From assembly GCA_963804955.1 (NCBI GenBank), contig CAWDSQ010000005.1:160001-224000 (forward strand): a DNA stretch of 64,000 bases, read 5' to 3'. The position numbers were made by a program, and so were the translations under genes. Shown here piece after piece: positions 19,713 through 30,835 of this stretch. Below the pieces are notes generated by a model. The model did no database searches and was not told where the DNA came from. It worked only from the letters and a program-made list of their open reading frames with translations. This stretch comes from an uncultured delta proteobacterium. Lineage in GTDB: Bacteria; Desulfobacterota; WTBG01; CAIYCZ01; CAIRTM01. How positions within the stretch are numbered: the stretch's first letter is position 1; every line of letters begins with the position of its first letter.

Positions 19713-20364
19713 AGCCTACCCCCCGAACAGAACGAATAAGCTTCTGCGGAAACGGATCGTCCAGTTTCGACCGAAGCCGCCTGATTGCCACATCGACAAA
19801 ATTCGTATCGCTGTCAAAATTTATGCCCCACACATGCTCCGCTATCGCCGTGCGCGATAATATTTGCCCTATCCTCTGAACCATAAAGCTCAAGAGCATG
19901 AATTCCTTTTGCGTCAGGTCGATAGCCGTTCCGCTTCGACTCACTTTATGCGTCAGCATATCGATCTGGAGATCGCCGGCTGAATACTTTTTGGGCTCCC
20001 ACACCTGGCCTCGCCGCTGAAGAGCCTGTATGCGGGCAACAAGCTCTGAAAATGAAAAAGGCTTGATCAGATAATCATCTGCGCCAAGGTTTAACCCTTT
20101 TACTCTTTCCTCAACATTGTCCCGGGCGGTAAGAAAAATGACCCTGGTTTGATGTCCCTGCCGCCTGATTTCATGTAAAATCGACCAGCCGTCCCTGTCA
20201 GGAAGCATGACATCGAGAATGATCAGGTCATAGTCGAAGGTAATCGCCATGCGCAGCCCTTCTTCACCCCTCTGAGCAGTGTCAACGACAAAACCCTCCT
20301 CCGAGAGGCCCTTTTTAAGGTATGCCGCCATCTTAACTTCATCTTCTATAATTAAAATACGCAT
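19687..20364 (-). CDS. Heavy-metal response regulator (CusR/CzcR family)
   Basis: Receiver domain + wHTH; NFDSDTNFVDVAIRRLRSKLDDPF. Confidence 0.93.
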   Translation of the reverse strand: MRILIIEDEVKMAAYLKKGLSEEGFVVDTAQRGEEGLRMAITFDYDLIILDVMLPDRDGWSILHEIRRQGHQTRVIFLTARDNVEERVKGLNLGADDYLIKPFSFSELVARIQALQRRGQVWEPKKYSAGDLQIDMLTHKVSRSGTAIDLTQKEFMLLSFMVQRIGQILSRTAIAEHVWGINFDSDTNFVDVAIRRLRSKLDDPFPQKLIRSVRGVGYVFERRSR

Positions 20365-20395
20365 TACCAATTCTCCCCCGAAAAAAAACTACCTA

Positions 20396-20536
20396 GTGGC
20401 TGAACGAAAACCCTGTTTTTACGTCTTTGTCATTTCGACCGAAGGGAGAAATCTTTGCATTTGTTAGAGATTTCTCAGTCGCTCCGCTCCTTCGAAATGA
20501 CAGTTTTCGCGGATAGCGGGGTTTTCGTTCAGACAT
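20396..20536. mobile_element. 141-bp MITE-like element with 18-bp TIRs and 6-bp flanking direct repeat TACCTA
   Basis: gtggctgaacgaaaaccc / gggttttcgttcagacat; TACCTA at 20390-20395 and 20537-20542; inner palindrome 20428-20502. Confidence 0.7.
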
Positions 20537-20933
20537 TACCTATAGAAAACGGCATGTATATTAATTGCACAAGCAGCCTCATCTTTATGCTCTCCCCTCA
20601 TCTGCAGGGCAACGGCATCTTCCAGCAGGTTTTTATAAAGTCCCTCGCACCCATACAAAAAAATTATGGCCGTATGAGTTTCATACAAGCTCCTGCATGT
20701 GATATAGGTTCGTTTTCAGATAAAATCAAGAGTCACAAATAAGGGGGGGCTGGAGCCGCTATTCCCGCGGTGCTCATTGCTGGTGCAGTATCGTGCATCG
20801 GAAGCACTTTGATAGCCCCCTTACACGTAGACGAGGGAGCGGAGCGCGGCCTGCTGCCGGAACCGGCAGCAGGGCCTTGACAAGCTATTATTTTTATAGG
20901 ATAATAAACAAAAATAACTACATTATTTCCTCT

Positions 20934-21350
20934 ATGAACATATCGGCGTGCAGATCGCGTTTTAAAAGAATTGTCATTGCAGTTCTCCTGCTGACTTTTG
21001 CTTCATGGTCACATGAGGGGTTTGTTATATGCTATGGCGCTGATGGCCATGTTGAAATTGAACGGCCTTCCGACAAAGACTGCTGCAAAACAACGGTAAA
21101 GTCTGCACCAGTAACGCTTTTAGAGCAATTTGAAGTTATTCATTGTTTTGATGTTCCCATCGGGGCTGCAAAATATATCGCTTCGACCAGCCATACTGCT
21201 TCGTTTCAACAGTATGTTATACCCCTGAGTGTTGTTTCGCCGTTGCTTTTTTCCATAAACCAGCCCTGCCCGTTAGTCTATAACCATGATATGCCACCCC
21301 CTCACAACCCGCTGCTTGCAGTTTTAAAAACAGTAGTTCTTCTTATTTGA
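20934..21350 (+). CDS. Small Cys/His-rich protein preceding the czc operon
   Basis: Hydrophobic N-terminus, ICYGADGHVEIE, DCC, HCFD, C-terminal LKTVVLLI. Confidence 0.65.
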   Translation: MNISACRSRFKRIVIAVLLLTFASWSHEGFVICYGADGHVEIERPSDKDCCKTTVKSAPVTLLEQFEVIHCFDVPIGAAKYIASTSHTASFQQYVIPLSVVSPLLFSINQPCPLVYNHDMPPPHNPLLAVLKTVVLLI

Positions 21351-21481
21351 AAATCCCCTGTTTCTTTCACATTTCCGCGCTTCTGTAACTGTTAATTATA
21401 TAAGCAAAAGAATTCTTGCGTGAACATCATCATGCCGTGCATGATCGATGCTCCGATACTGTGCATCTAAGGAGGATTTTT

Positions 21482-22839
21482 ATGCATATTCGCTATTATT
21501 ATCTCATGGCTGTTATGTATTGCGCCGTTTTTTCGGGTTGCGCGGCACAAAACCAGGATGTCTTTCTGTCGGATCAGCGCAAGCTGGGCAGGGAGTTTGC
21601 AACCTTTGTTCCCCCGAAGAAGTTTTCCGACAATCAAACGTCGCCAGTCAATTGCTCCACAGCCCGCAGGCAGCGCTGACCCTGCAGCAGGCCCTTGCCA
21701 CCGGGCTCATGCACAGTCCCGAGCTCGCCTCTTTTGCCTGGGATGTGCGCGCTGCCGAGGCGCGGGAGCTTCAGGCAGGGCTTCTGCCGAATCCCGAAAT
21801 ATCAACGGAAGTTGAAAATTTCGGCGGCAACAATGAAATGCAGGGATTCAAAAGCGCAGAAACCACGGTTCAGATCAGCCAGCTGTTTGAGCTTGGCGGC
21901 AAGCGCGGCTACCGCAAGCGGACTGCCGAGCTTGAAAAAAATCTTGCGGGCTGGGAGTATGAAATAAAGCGGCTTGATGTGTTTGAAAAAATCTCTACGG
22001 CCTTCTGGGAGGTTCTGGCAGCCCAGGAGCGCGCAGCCATCGCTGAGTCCCTCTTGAAGCTTGCAGAACAGTCCTGTTCGTCCGTTGCGGAACAGGTTGC
22101 CGTCGGCAAGGCCCCGCCGGTTGAAGAGGTACAGGCAAAAATCGCCCTCACAACAACCGAGCTGCAATGCAAAAAAATAAAAAGCGATCTTCAATCAGCC
22201 CGCAGCAGGCTTGCTCAGGCGGTCGGCACTTCCGGCCCGGCTTTTGAAAAAACCGAAGGCCGGTTTGATGCTGTCGCCCCCCTGCCCGAACTTGACAAGC
22301 TGCAGGCAGCCCTTGCTGAAAGCCCTGATATGCTGCGGTGGAAATCCGAGCTTGAGAAACGCCAGGCCGAGGTGAAGCTGAAAGACGCCGGCGCTCTGCC
22401 CGATATTACCGTCAGCGCAGGTCCCCGTTACTTTAACGACACGAATGACAAAGCACTGGTCATGGGGTTTTCCGTGCCCATTCCGCTGTTTAACCGAAAC
22501 CAGGGAGAGCGGCAGGAAGCGCGCTGCAATGCTGCAAAGGCAGAAGAGGAGCAAAAAGCCGGTTTTATAAAAACACGAAGCGACCTGACCCAAACCTATC
22601 AAAGCTGTTCATCGGCCTTTGCGCTGGCTGCCGCTCTTCGCGACAGGTCGATTCCCGGCGCAGTTCAGGCTTTTGAAGCTGCGCAGGAAGGCTACCGGCA
22701 GGGAAAATTCAGCTACCTTATGGTGCTTGACGCACAGCGTACCCTTTTTGAACTGAAGCAGCAGTATGTTGATACACTTGCAGATTACCATGCAAACAGG
22801 GCAGCCCTGGAACGTCTGGTGGGGCAATCCATACAATAA
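21482..22839 (+). CDS. czcC: TolC-family outer membrane efflux protein (CzcC-like); frameshift near 21660
   Basis: Lipoprotein signal FSGC, QAGLLPNP, ELGGKR, PIPLFNRNQG, VLDAQRTL. Confidence 0.85.
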
Positions 22840-22863
22840 ATAAAATTTAACAAGGTAACTATC

Positions 22864-24402
22864 ATGAAAAGAAGAAAATATTTTACCGTATGTCTTGCCT
22901 GTTGCGCTTGTATGTTTGCCGCAGGTCTGTTTCTACAATCATGCTCAGATGCTGAAAAGGCCTCTCCTGCGGCACAGAAAGCCGCAGAGGCCGATATCGC
23001 CGTCGCTGCAAACGCAGATAAAGACAGAGTCCTGCGCGGCGCACCGGAAAAAGAGCATGCAGAACCTGCCGATGAGCATGAGGGCCATAACCACGGGCCG
23101 GTTGATGCTGTGCAGGATGAGAAAAAACAGGCAGAAAATGAAGACGGACATGTCGCGGCGAAGGACGAACATCCGGAACATGCGGATGAACATGAGGGCC
23201 ATAACCATGCAGCCGAAGCATCTGACCTTGACCGGCCGATTGATGAAATGTGGGCCGCGAAGTGCGAGCACGACATCCTGCATTATACCTGCGATGAATG
23301 CCGCTATGAGCTGGGAGTCGTGAAGCTCTCGCCGGGCGTTTTCGGCACTGAGTCTGAGCCCGGGGTTGTTGCCGCGACAAAAGTCGGCAGACAGCAGATG
23401 CCACAGTCGGTTCCCCTTACCGGCGAGGTCAAAGCCCATGAAAACAGGACCGTCAATATTTCAAGCGCCGTCAGCGGCATTGTGAGTAAAGCAGCGGTGG
23501 CGAGCGGTCAGCAGGTAGCCAGTGGTGACCTGCTGCTGCTGATTGACAGCCCTGATATTGCAGGGGCAAAAGGAGATTATAGAAGGCTGCTTGCATCGCT
23601 TGAGCTGGCAAAGAAAGCGGTGCAGCGCGAGGAGCGCCTTTTCTCAAAAATGGTCTCCTCCCAGGTTGACGTTGAAACGGCAAAGGCGCAGCTTTCGCAG
23701 GCGGTTATTGAACGGGCAAATGCCCGAACAAAACTGCTGAATATCGGCCTTTCCGATGAAGATATCTCCACACTTGAGCGGGCGCCCCTGGAGACAATTA
23801 CCGGCCTGCTCGCGGTTCGTGCACCGCATGCCGGTATCGTGCTTGAAAGAGCTGTCAGCAACGGTGAACGGGTAGAGCCGGGAAAAAACCTGCTGCTGCT
23901 GTCGGACCTTTCGCAAATATGCGTCTGGGCGGACCTGAAAGAAGATGATTTGATCCGGCTCAACGGCAGCAGGCACAACGCTGCAGTTGAGGTCGAGTCA
24001 ATGGCCAGCCCGGGTAAAGTGTACAAGGGCACAATAGATGGTATCTCCGGCATCATGAATGAACAGACCAGAACGGCGCAGGCGCGCATCACGCTGGATA
24101 ATCCCGAAGGACTTCTCAAGCCCGGCATGTTTGTCACTATACGGCTCATGCTTCCCGGCGGCGGCGATGCTCTGGCGGTTCCCAAAGTGGCGGTTCTTGC
24201 CGATGCCGGGCGGACCTTTGTTTTTGTTCACAAGGAGGGCGACTACTGGATTCGCCGCCCCGTGTCCCTGGGGGCAACGTTTAATGGCTTTGTCGAAATT
24301 AAAGACGGGCTGTCAGCCGGTCAGAAAATTATTGCTGACGGCTCGTTTCTGCTGAAGTCTGATGTTCTGCGCTCGAAAATGGGCGCAGGCTGTGCTGACT
24401 GA
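22864..24402 (+). CDS. czcB: RND periplasmic adaptor (CzcB-like) with His-rich N-terminus
   Basis: VRAPHAGIV, NPEGLLKPGMF, 2x ADEHEGHNH. Confidence 0.88.
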   Translation: MKRRKYFTVCLACCACMFAAGLFLQSCSDAEKASPAAQKAAEADIAVAANADKDRVLRGAPEKEHAEPADEHEGHNHGPVDAVQDEKKQAENEDGHVAAKDEHPEHADEHEGHNHAAEASDLDRPIDEMWAAKCEHDILHYTCDECRYELGVVKLSPGVFGTESEPGVVAATKVGRQQMPQSVPLTGEVKAHENRTVNISSAVSGIVSKAAVASGQQVASGDLLLLIDSPDIAGAKGDYRRLLASLELAKKAVQREERLFSKMVSSQVDVETAKAQLSQAVIERANARTKLLNIGLSDEDISTLERAPLETITGLLAVRAPHAGIVLERAVSNGERVEPGKNLLLLSDLSQICVWADLKEDDLIRLNGSRHNAAVEVESMASPGKVYKGTIDGISGIMNEQTRTAQARITLDNPEGLLKPGMFVTIRLMLPGGGDALAVPKVAVLADAGRTFVFVHKEGDYWIRRPVSLGATFNGFVEIKDGLSAGQKIIADGSFLLKSDVLRSKMGAGCAD

Positions 24403-24414
24403 GAGGAGGCCACC

Positions 24415-27400
24415 ATGCATAAAACCATAGAACTGCTTCTGCGCTCCCGATTTCTGGTGCTGGCGCTCACCATGGTGACTATTCTGGGCGGCATCATAGC
24501 CTGGATGAGGCTTCCAATCGACGCTTTTCCCGATGTGAGCAATGTGCAGGTTATGGTGCTTACCGAAGCGCCGGGCCTTTCCGCCGTTGACATAGAGCAG
24601 CAGGTTACCTATCCGATCGAGATGCAGATGGGCGGCGTGCCAAAGGTACTGCAGGTGCGCTCCCTGTCTAAATCAGGGCTTTCACAGGTTGTTATCGTTT
24701 TTGAAGACAATGTTAACATCTATTTTGCCCGGCAGCAGATATTTGAGCGTCTTCAGGCTGCAAAGGAGAGCCTGCCGCCGTCGGTCGAGCCCGAGCTTGG
24801 CCCCATCAGCACGGGCCTTGGCGAAATTTTTCAATATACCCTGGAAAGCGAAACGATGTCCCCCATGGAGCTGCGGACCCTTCAGGACTTTCTGATCGCC
24901 CCGCAGCTGAAATCCATCCCCGGAGTCAATGAGGTCAACAGCTTCGGCGGATTTGTGAAGCAGTATCAGGTTCTGGTGCGCCCTGAAGGGCTCCTGAAAT
25001 ACGGCCTGATACTTCGTGATGTGGTGGAAGCCGTTGAAAAGAACAATGCCAATGCCGCAGGCGGATTCATCGTGCGCGGGTGGGAGCAGACCTATATCCG
25101 GGGGCTGGGGCTTTTAACCGGCATTGAGGATATCAACCGGATTGTAGTGAAGGTTGATGACGGCACGCCTGTTTACGTAGATGATATAGCCGATGTTGTT
25201 GTCGGCCCGCAGCCGCGGCAGGGCGCTGTCACCCGTGACGGCAAGGGTGAGGCTGTGGCCGGCATGGTCATCATGCTGCGGGATGAAAATTCGAAAGATG
25301 TCGTATCGCATGTAAAAGACCTGCTCCCCAAAATACAGAACAGCCTGCCGAAAGAAGCGCGCATCAATGTGTTTTATGACCGCACGTCTCTGATACAGGC
25401 CTGCATCAATACCGTGCTGAATGCTTTGCTTGAAGGCGGTATTTTTGTCATTCTGGTATTGTTTCTCTTTGTAGCAGAATTTAGAACCGCCCTGACGGTT
25501 CTTGCCTCGCTGCCGATCACCTTTCTTGCCACCTTTCTTGTCATGGGCTGGACCGGCCTCACGTCCAACCTTATGAGCCTCGGGGGCCTTGCCTTCTCCG
25601 TGGGTATGATTGTCGATGCCTCAATCGTTATCGTTGAAAATATCCGGCGCCATTTCGCCGAGCACCGCGATCCGGCGCTGCGCCGCCAGATAACCGTGCA
25701 GGCTGTCTGGGAAGTTGCGCGTCCCGTGGCGTTTTCAGTCATGATCATCATTATTGTCCTGGTGCCGCTGTTCACCCTGCAGGGGATCGAGGGAAAAATG
25801 TTCATGCCCCTGGCGCTGACAATGATCTATGCCCTGCTGGTTTCGCTGATTGTCGCCCTGACGATTGTGCCGGTGCTTTCTGAAATGTTTCTGAGGCAGA
25901 TTGCAGAGAAGGAGTTCGGCTTTGTGCGGCGGTTCCATCACGGGTATCTCAACCTGCTGGCCGCTGCGCGCAGGAAGATAAAAACGACGGTCTGCATATC
26001 CCTGCTTTCACTTATTGCCGCGGGCCTGCTCGCTCTGACAATCGGCACTGAGTTTATGCCGACCCTTGACGAAGGCGCTATCGCCATCAATGTTGTGCGG
26101 TTGCCCAATGCCTCGCTGGACGGGTCAAAGGATGTTTCCACGTTCATGGAAAAGCGGATTCTGGCATCATTTTCCGAGGTCAGCGCCGTGGTGAGCAAAA
26201 CAGGCCGGGCTGAAATTTCAGAAGACCCCATGGGCCCCGAGCAGACGGATATTTTTATAATGCTCAAGCCGTATAAAGAGTGGACAACAGGACGCAACAA
26301 GGCAAAGCTTATAGAAGCGCTTCAGAGAGAGCTTTCAGCCATACCCGGCATACGGCTTTCGTTTTCCCAGCCGATTGCACTGCGTGTCAATGAATTGATA
26401 TCCGGTGTAAAAAGCGATCTTGCGGTAAAAGTGTACGGCAGCGATCTTGAGAAGCTGAAGGACTATGCAGACAAAGTCGCCGGGAAGCTTTCAACTATTA
26501 AAGGAGCTCATGATGTCCGGGTAGAGCAGGTGTCGGGCATGGAGCAGATTGAAATAGAGCTTAATCGCGCGGAGATGGCCAGGTTCGGAATAAATATCGC
26601 TGATGTGAATGAGGTGATCGAGACAGCCATTGCAGGAAAAGAAGCGACCCGGGTTGTTGACGGCCAAATGCGCATTGCCACGGTTGTGCGCTTCCCGGCA
26701 TCCGCCCGCTCCGACATGACCGTTATTGAACGCCTGATTCTGAGGGGTCCCGCCGGCGAGCAGATACCCCTTGGCCGGATCGCAAAAATATCTACTGTCG
26801 AGGGGCCGGCGCAGATTACCCGCGAAAAAAGCATGCGCCGCGTTGCCGCAGAGGTAAATATCCGGGGCAGGGACCTTGGCAGCTTTGTCGCCGAGGCTCA
26901 GCAGTCGCTTTCAGATATTGAAAAAGAACTGCCCACCGGCTATTTTCTTGAATATGGCGGGCAGTTTGAAAATCAGCAGCGGGCCATGCGGCAATTATCA
27001 ATCGTTGTTCCTATAGCGCTTCTGATTATTATGCTGCTGCTCTATCTGGCGCTCGGGTCGCTGCGAGACTCCCTTCTTGTTGTGCTGAACCTGCCTTTTG
27101 CCCTTGTCGGCGGCATTGTCGCCATTAAAATCTTCGGCATGCCCCTTTCGGTATCGGCATCGGTTGCCTTTATCATACTGCTGGGCATTGCCGTACAAAA
27201 CGGCGTGGTGCTGATAGCATTCTTCCGCCAGCTCAGAGAAGAGGGAAAAAGCGTTGACGAGACAGTCCACATGGGCTGCAATCTGCGCTTTCGGCCGCTG
27301 CTCATGACGGCGCTGACCTCATTTATCGGACATTTGCCCATGCTCTATGCCACCGGCTCAGGCGCCGACATTCAAAAGCCCCTTGCCGTCGTTGTTATGG

Positions 27401-27492
27401 GAGGGCTTATAACATCAACGCTGCTGACCCTGCTTGTGCTGCCGACAATTTACGGCTGGCTTGAACAAAGAGCGGAGGGTCGAAACAGCTAA
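24415..27492 (+). CDS. czcA: Heavy-metal efflux RND permease (CzcA/CusA family)
   Basis: LPIDAFPDVSNVQV, GPISTGLGEIFQY, NLMSLGG, RFRPLLMTA. Confidence 0.95.
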   Translation: MHKTIELLLRSRFLVLALTMVTILGGIIAWMRLPIDAFPDVSNVQVMVLTEAPGLSAVDIEQQVTYPIEMQMGGVPKVLQVRSLSKSGLSQVVIVFEDNVNIYFARQQIFERLQAAKESLPPSVEPELGPISTGLGEIFQYTLESETMSPMELRTLQDFLIAPQLKSIPGVNEVNSFGGFVKQYQVLVRPEGLLKYGLILRDVVEAVEKNNANAAGGFIVRGWEQTYIRGLGLLTGIEDINRIVVKVDDGTPVYVDDIADVVVGPQPRQGAVTRDGKGEAVAGMVIMLRDENSKDVVSHVKDLLPKIQNSLPKEARINVFYDRTSLIQACINTVLNALLEGGIFVILVLFLFVAEFRTALTVLASLPITFLATFLVMGWTGLTSNLMSLGGLAFSVGMIVDASIVIVENIRRHFAEHRDPALRRQITVQAVWEVARPVAFSVMIIIIVLVPLFTLQGIEGKMFMPLALTMIYALLVSLIVALTIVPVLSEMFLRQIAEKEFGFVRRFHHGYLNLLAAARRKIKTTVCISLLSLIAAGLLALTIGTEFMPTLDEGAIAINVVRLPNASLDGSKDVSTFMEKRILASFSEVSAVVSKTGRAEISEDPMGPEQTDIFIMLKPYKEWTTGRNKAKLIEALQRELSAIPGIRLSFSQPIALRVNELISGVKSDLAVKVYGSDLEKLKDYADKVAGKLSTIKGAHDVRVEQVSGMEQIEIELNRAEMARFGINIADVNEVIETAIAGKEATRVVDGQMRIATVVRFPASARSDMTVIERLILRGPAGEQIPLGRIAKISTVEGPAQITREKSMRRVAAEVNIRGRDLGSFVAEAQQSLSDIEKELPTGYFLEYGGQFENQQRAMRQLSIVVPIALLIIMLLLYLALGSLRDSLLVVLNLPFALVGGIVAIKIFGMPLSVSASVAFIILLGIAVQNGVVLIAFFRQLREEGKSVDETVHMGCNLRFRPLLMTALTSFIGHLPMLYATGSGADIQKPLAVVVMGGLITSTLLTLLVLPTIYGWLEQRAEGRNS

Positions 27493-27537
27493 ACAACGGC
27501 GTTCAAATATGATGTGCTGCCTGCAAAGGAGAAGAGC

Positions 27538-27879
27538 ATGAAAGAAATTAAAGCCTTTATTAAACCCCATATGCTGTCACATGTCGTTATGGCTTTGAGC
27601 AGCCTTGAAGGGCTCTCAGGCCTGAGTGTAACAAAAGTCCAGGGCTTTGGGCGCAGCAGGGCAAAGGGCGCCCGGCACCGGATCGTTGAAGACCTGATCG
27701 ATTATGTGCCCCATGTCAAGCTTGAGATAGTGTGCAGGGATTCCCTCGTCGAGGAGATTGTCGCAATTATTGAAAAGACAGCCCATACAGGGCTGTCCGG
27801 CGACGGAAAAATTTTCGTTTCCGCCATTGAAACCGCGGTCAGGATCAGCACGGGCGACCGTGATGAGGCAGCCGTGTAA
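27538..27879 (+). CDS. P-II family protein
   Basis: MKEIKAFIKP..VQGFGR..AHTGLSGDGKIFVS. Confidence 0.92.
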   Translation: MKEIKAFIKPHMLSHVVMALSSLEGLSGLSVTKVQGFGRSRAKGARHRIVEDLIDYVPHVKLEIVCRDSLVEEIVAIIEKTAHTGLSGDGKIFVSAIETAVRISTGDRDEAAV

Positions 27880-27923
27880 CAAGCCCTGGTCTGAGCAAGC
27901 AATCATCAGAAGGAGCATAAAAT

Positions 27924-29312
27924 ATGAAAAAATACAGGTACCGCCTTATCGGATTGTGCATAGGATTGTGTGCTCTATGTGTGTCGTGCACGCCATCGCA
28001 GGATACGGCCAACTATAAAAAATATTTGACGCAGGACACAGCTATTAAGGGCAAAGCGGGAGTTCTTGTCACTGCTCTGGGGCAGCCGGAGCAGTATGAT
28101 TTTACGTTTTCCAACAACTACCTGAAGCAGATATTCAATGCCGCTTTCCCGTGGTATCTCAAGCCCGTCATCCTGCGCGACAGCGGCACCGTGCTGCTTG
28201 ACCCGGCAAGCCCTGTTGCTGAAACCGAGTTCAAGCCCGCAACCCTTATGGACTGCTACGGCAGCACCAAAGATGCCGCCGGCAAGCCCTATATGCAGAT
28301 GGAGTATGCCTGGGTAAAGCCGCGCGAGGAGGGCAAGCCGGGGCATTTTCTCCTGGACAAAAAGAACGGCCTTATCGATATCGTCGAGAAGTCAGCCATC
28401 AAGGTCTGCGCGCATTACTACGGCCGCATGCCCGGCAATAAGGTTCCCTACATGGCACAGCATCAGGCCCTGTTCGCCGATGTGCAGCAACTGCTCCAGA
28501 CGGAGTTTCCGGGTGTTCCGTTGCGTACGGGCTGGGCCATGTATCCCGAGACGGTCAAAAAAGCCATTGATGAGCTGATTGCGCAAAAGGTCGAAACCAT
28601 CGTCGTGTGCGACCTGTTTGCCGTGTATTCAAATCTCGAACAGTTCAGCGCCCTCTTCCCTGAAATCGAGCATATGGTCGCGGGCAGGGCTAAAATAATT
28701 TACGCGCCCCAGACAGGCGCTTTTGCCTCCTACCGCGCCGCCTTCGTGCAGATGGCAAAAGATGAAATCGCCAAGCTGCCGCCGCAGGCAAAGAAGCTGC
28801 TGGTGCTGACACGCCATGGTTTTCCCGAGATGCCCGGGGAGCCCTACCATGAGCTTGCCCCTTCGTTTTACGGCAGCCTGCTGAAGGAGGTCGAGGCTGG
28901 CCTGGCCGGCACCGGCACCCGGATACTGTTTGCCGACACGGAATTCGCCGACGGTAAGGATGACCCGAAAAACACGCGCCTGGCAAGCGCCGAGGCCCTT
29001 GAGCAGGGCCTGGCTGAGAAGTATGACGTCGTGGTATATGTTCTGGTCGACTTTGTGAGCGAGAACACCGACACGGTCTTCTGCGCCCGCGACGAAGCCC
29101 TGGAGCCAATCGGCTTCAGCTATGGCGGCCAGGTGCCCTATGCCGATTTCAGCATGCCCTTTAGAACAGAGCTGGTTCATGAGAAAACGCGCATCATTGT
29201 TGCAGGCACGCCCGTGGGGCCGCTCTACCGGCCGCTGGTTGCCCGCGGCATCATGGATGCCGTGGCCACGATTCTGGGAGGCAAACCGTGGCCGCAGCTT
29301 TCAGGAAAATAA
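27924..29312 (+). CDS. Class II chelatase (ferrochelatase-like) lipoprotein
   Basis: Lipobox-like CVSC; GVLVTALGQPE, LVLTRHGFP and FVSENTDT resemble HemH motifs. Confidence 0.55.
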   Translation: MKKYRYRLIGLCIGLCALCVSCTPSQDTANYKKYLTQDTAIKGKAGVLVTALGQPEQYDFTFSNNYLKQIFNAAFPWYLKPVILRDSGTVLLDPASPVAETEFKPATLMDCYGSTKDAAGKPYMQMEYAWVKPREEGKPGHFLLDKKNGLIDIVEKSAIKVCAHYYGRMPGNKVPYMAQHQALFADVQQLLQTEFPGVPLRTGWAMYPETVKKAIDELIAQKVETIVVCDLFAVYSNLEQFSALFPEIEHMVAGRAKIIYAPQTGAFASYRAAFVQMAKDEIAKLPPQAKKLLVLTRHGFPEMPGEPYHELAPSFYGSLLKEVEAGLAGTGTRILFADTEFADGKDDPKNTRLASAEALEQGLAEKYDVVVYVLVDFVSENTDTVFCARDEALEPIGFSYGGQVPYADFSMPFRTELVHEKTRIIVAGTPVGPLYRPLVARGIMDAVATILGGKPWPQLSGK

Positions 29313-29383
29313 TTCAAACGCAAGCACCGTTAAACCGGCACGGGGCTTGTGTTTAAATCTGCTGACCCGGCCTGCATCAGAAC

Positions 29384-29424
29384 AAAAAAGCCCTGCGCGG
29401 CAGCTTCCGTGCAGGGCTTTTTTT
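29384..29424. terminator. Bidirectional intrinsic terminator
   Basis: aaaaaagccctgcgcgg/ccgtgcagggcttttttt between convergent genes. Confidence 0.85.
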
Positions 29425-29438
29425 AACAGCTCTCAAAC

Positions 29439-30835
29439 TCAGAGCGCCCGCATAAAAACCACAAGGTCCTTCTTTTCCTGATCGGAAAGTTTCAGCCCCT
29501 GAATGATATTGAAAAACTCAACCACATCGTCAAGCGTGAGCAGCCGGCCATCGTGCAGATAGGGCGGCGACTCCTTGATGCCCCGCAGGGGGAAGGTCTT
29601 GATCGGGCCGTCGGCTGAGGCCATCCGGCCATTGATCATCTGCGGCTTGAAGAACCGCTCGGCCTTCAAGTCATGCATGGTATTGTCGGTATAGTAGGGC
29701 GCGGGGTGGCACACAGCGCATTTGGCTTTGCCCATGAACAGTTCCTGTCCGCGCATTTCCTGCTCGGTTGCTTTGGCCTGATCGAGCATGCCGTAGATGT
29801 CAAGCTTGTCCGCGGGCGGAAATCCCAGTATCGACATGAATTCAGACATGAAATGCACCTGGCTGCCCCGGTCCAGAATATTGACGCCTTTTTTCGTGGC
29901 GATGACGGGGTCGCCGTCGAAATAGGCTGCGCGCTGCTCAAACTCGGTAAAATCCTCGATGGATCTTCAAGGCCCGCTGCGAGCCGAACAGCCGCTGGAA
30001 GGCGACGCCCCGCAGGGTGGGGGTGTCGAGGCGGTGGCGAAATTCCTGCGGCCGGATATCGCCTACAAGGTGCGTGGTGCCGTTGGTGTGGCCGTTCACA
30101 TGGCAGTCGAAACAGGTGACACCGAGGCTGGGCTTTTCCGAGCGCCGGTCATCGGTGGCATTGAACTGCTGCTGGGGAAAGGGCGTGACCAGCAGCCGCA
30201 GGCCCTCGAGCTGCTTGGGGTTCAGGATGCCGTCGAAAATTGCAAAATAATTGTCCGTTGTCACCACTTTGCCCTTTGACACATCGCCCGAGGTCCGGCC
30301 GCGTGTTCAGGAATATGGCAGGCGGAAATTCCGCAAGGAAATGATCGGGCAGGTCAAAGTCAAGGTCAAAGCGCGTCAGGTCGCGGTCGGTCTGCTTCTT
30401 TATCTCGTCGATATGAAATTTCGGGAACACCATGCCGCCTTCCGGGTGATTGGGATGCGGCAGGGGCAGAAAGCCTTTGGGAAACACGCCCTGTTCCTTA
30501 ATCTCGGCCGGGCTCATGGCGGCAAGCTTCTCCCAGGTCATGCCCTGCGGCAGCTTCGCCCGTGCGCCATCCTGCACGGCCTTGCCGCGCGTCATGGTCA
30601 CCCCCTGCGCGGGGGCGTTTTTCAGATCATAGCGCTCCTGCAGCAGCGCTTCATGTTTCTGCATAATGGCCGCTTTGTCGGCTTTCATCTTTGCCATGGT
30701 GTCGGCAAAGGGCCTGGTGATGTCGACGGGCGAGTAGCTGGTAGCTTTTTTCTCCGCTGCCCCGCATATGCCGGCAATGCTGCTTAAGGCAAAGGCTGCC
30801 AGCACAATAAAGGCCAGACGTGTTGTAGTTTTCAT
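29439..30835 (-). CDS. Di-heme cytochrome c peroxidase/MauG-like periplasmic protein (frameshifts near 30285 and 29965)
   Basis: Signal peptide, CFDCH, DTPTLRG, CAVCH, SPPYLHDGRLLTL across three consecutive ORFs. Confidence 0.85.
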
